Below are positions 63,201 to 64,000 of a DNA stretch of 64,000 bases, piece by piece. The notes beneath the pieces were generated by a model. The model searched no databases, was not told the origin of the DNA, and saw only the letters and a list, made by a program, of their open reading frames with translations. Each line of letters starts with the position of its first letter. Position 1 is the first letter of the stretch. This stretch comes from Trichoplax adhaerens (lineage: Eukaryota; Animalia; Placozoa), in NCBI RefSeq assembly GCF_000150275.1, contig NW_002060943.1, positions 11,718,878 to 11,782,877 of the forward strand, written 5' to 3'. Made by a program: the position numbers and the translations under genes.

Positions 63201-63536
63201 GGGTGTTATCATCCTTTGTTATTACATTTTTTCAGGAAATTACTTTAATACTGAGTAAATTTATCATTGATGCTTCTATTGTAGTATTATCCTAACTATC
63301 AAGATGGTATTCACTTAATGCTATTTTAAGCTAAAGTTATTTGTCTCAGATGACATCAAACATATGACATATTTAATACAATTAGCGACGATACATACAT
63401 AGATCAAGCTTTCGTTATAACGCTTTCTTAAATTTTCCAAGAATGCTGGCTCGCTCCGATAATCTTCAAGCAAGATAAAATCTTGTACTCCAACTTGGCT
63501 CCTAGAAGCAACATTACTTTCAAAGGATGTATCCAT
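51202..63536 (-). CDS. MYO1C: Unconventional myosin I, MYO1C/MYO1H type (motor, IQ motifs, TH1 tail), many exons
   Basis: First exon 63536-63399 encodes [27 protein letters not shown]-loop GESGAGKT (~61.7 kb); switch [11 protein letters not shown]; RDALAK; LLDIYGFE; [13 protein letters not shown]; YIRCIKPN; IQ motif IQSKYRMY; TH1 motif [10 protein letters not shown]; terminal exon VAPH* at 51216-51202. Confidence 0.92.
62420..62800. repeat. Degenerate ~118-bp tandem repeat (~3 copies) in myosin intron 1
   Basis: AGACTATTT.GCAT...TA.GCTCTAA(ACTTT.GG..TTTAA.CTT.AGAACTA) recurs at ~62537, ~62654 and ~62774, with a partial copy near 62440. Confidence 0.75.
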
Positions 63537-64000
63537 CTAAATAAAAGATCAACCAATAATTTAAGCCTATTAATTATCATCAAGTAACAACAAGGCATAA
63601 AATGAATTCTACTGATATAGTTATTCATTAAATGCTGTACAATGTCTTAATAAATCAATTCAGAGCAGATACATTGTAAGCTTTAATAAATAAGCATATC
63701 TGTATTTCAACCAGAGATTATGATCAGGGTTTAAATATTTGAGAGTTAATGATTTTGTAAGTGGCGCCATGAAAAAATGCAAAATAAATATAGCAAATAA
63801 AAAACGAATTTATAAAATGTGCTTGAAGAATTACTGGCATTATTCAGTGCTATGACTCCTTAACAAATTTTAAGATAATATAGAGACTTCTAAGAAGCTG
63901 TTTTAGGATATTAGTGCATCTGATGAGGAGTAAGATATTTGTAGCAGAGACATTTTGCTAATGGCAATAAGTTTCTAATTACTTTGCGTTCCATACAGTT

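Overview
AT-rich eukaryotic (animal) genomic DNA with compact GT-AG introns. The gene content and architecture suggest an early-branching metazoan such as a placozoan; this is an inference, not a proven assignment. Seven intact spliced genes can be rebuilt by hand: MORN3 (+), a BCKDK-like mitochondrial kinase (-), Orai (+), a KDM2/JHDM1 demethylase (+) that stops after the PHD finger with no F-box/LRR, an uncharacterised ~862-aa protein with a C-terminal degenerate EF-hand-like domain (+), a prostanoid-receptor-like class A GPCR (-) and a MYO1C/H-type myosin I (-). Further features are a probable decayed, intron-containing glypican-like pseudogene (-, ~11.4-14.4 kb), a 588-bp solo LTR with a 5-bp target-site duplication, two RFX X-boxes, several tandem repeats, and three TACAG/CTGTA pentamer islands that lie at gene 5' ends. 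All family calls come from motif recognition by eye; no searches were run.
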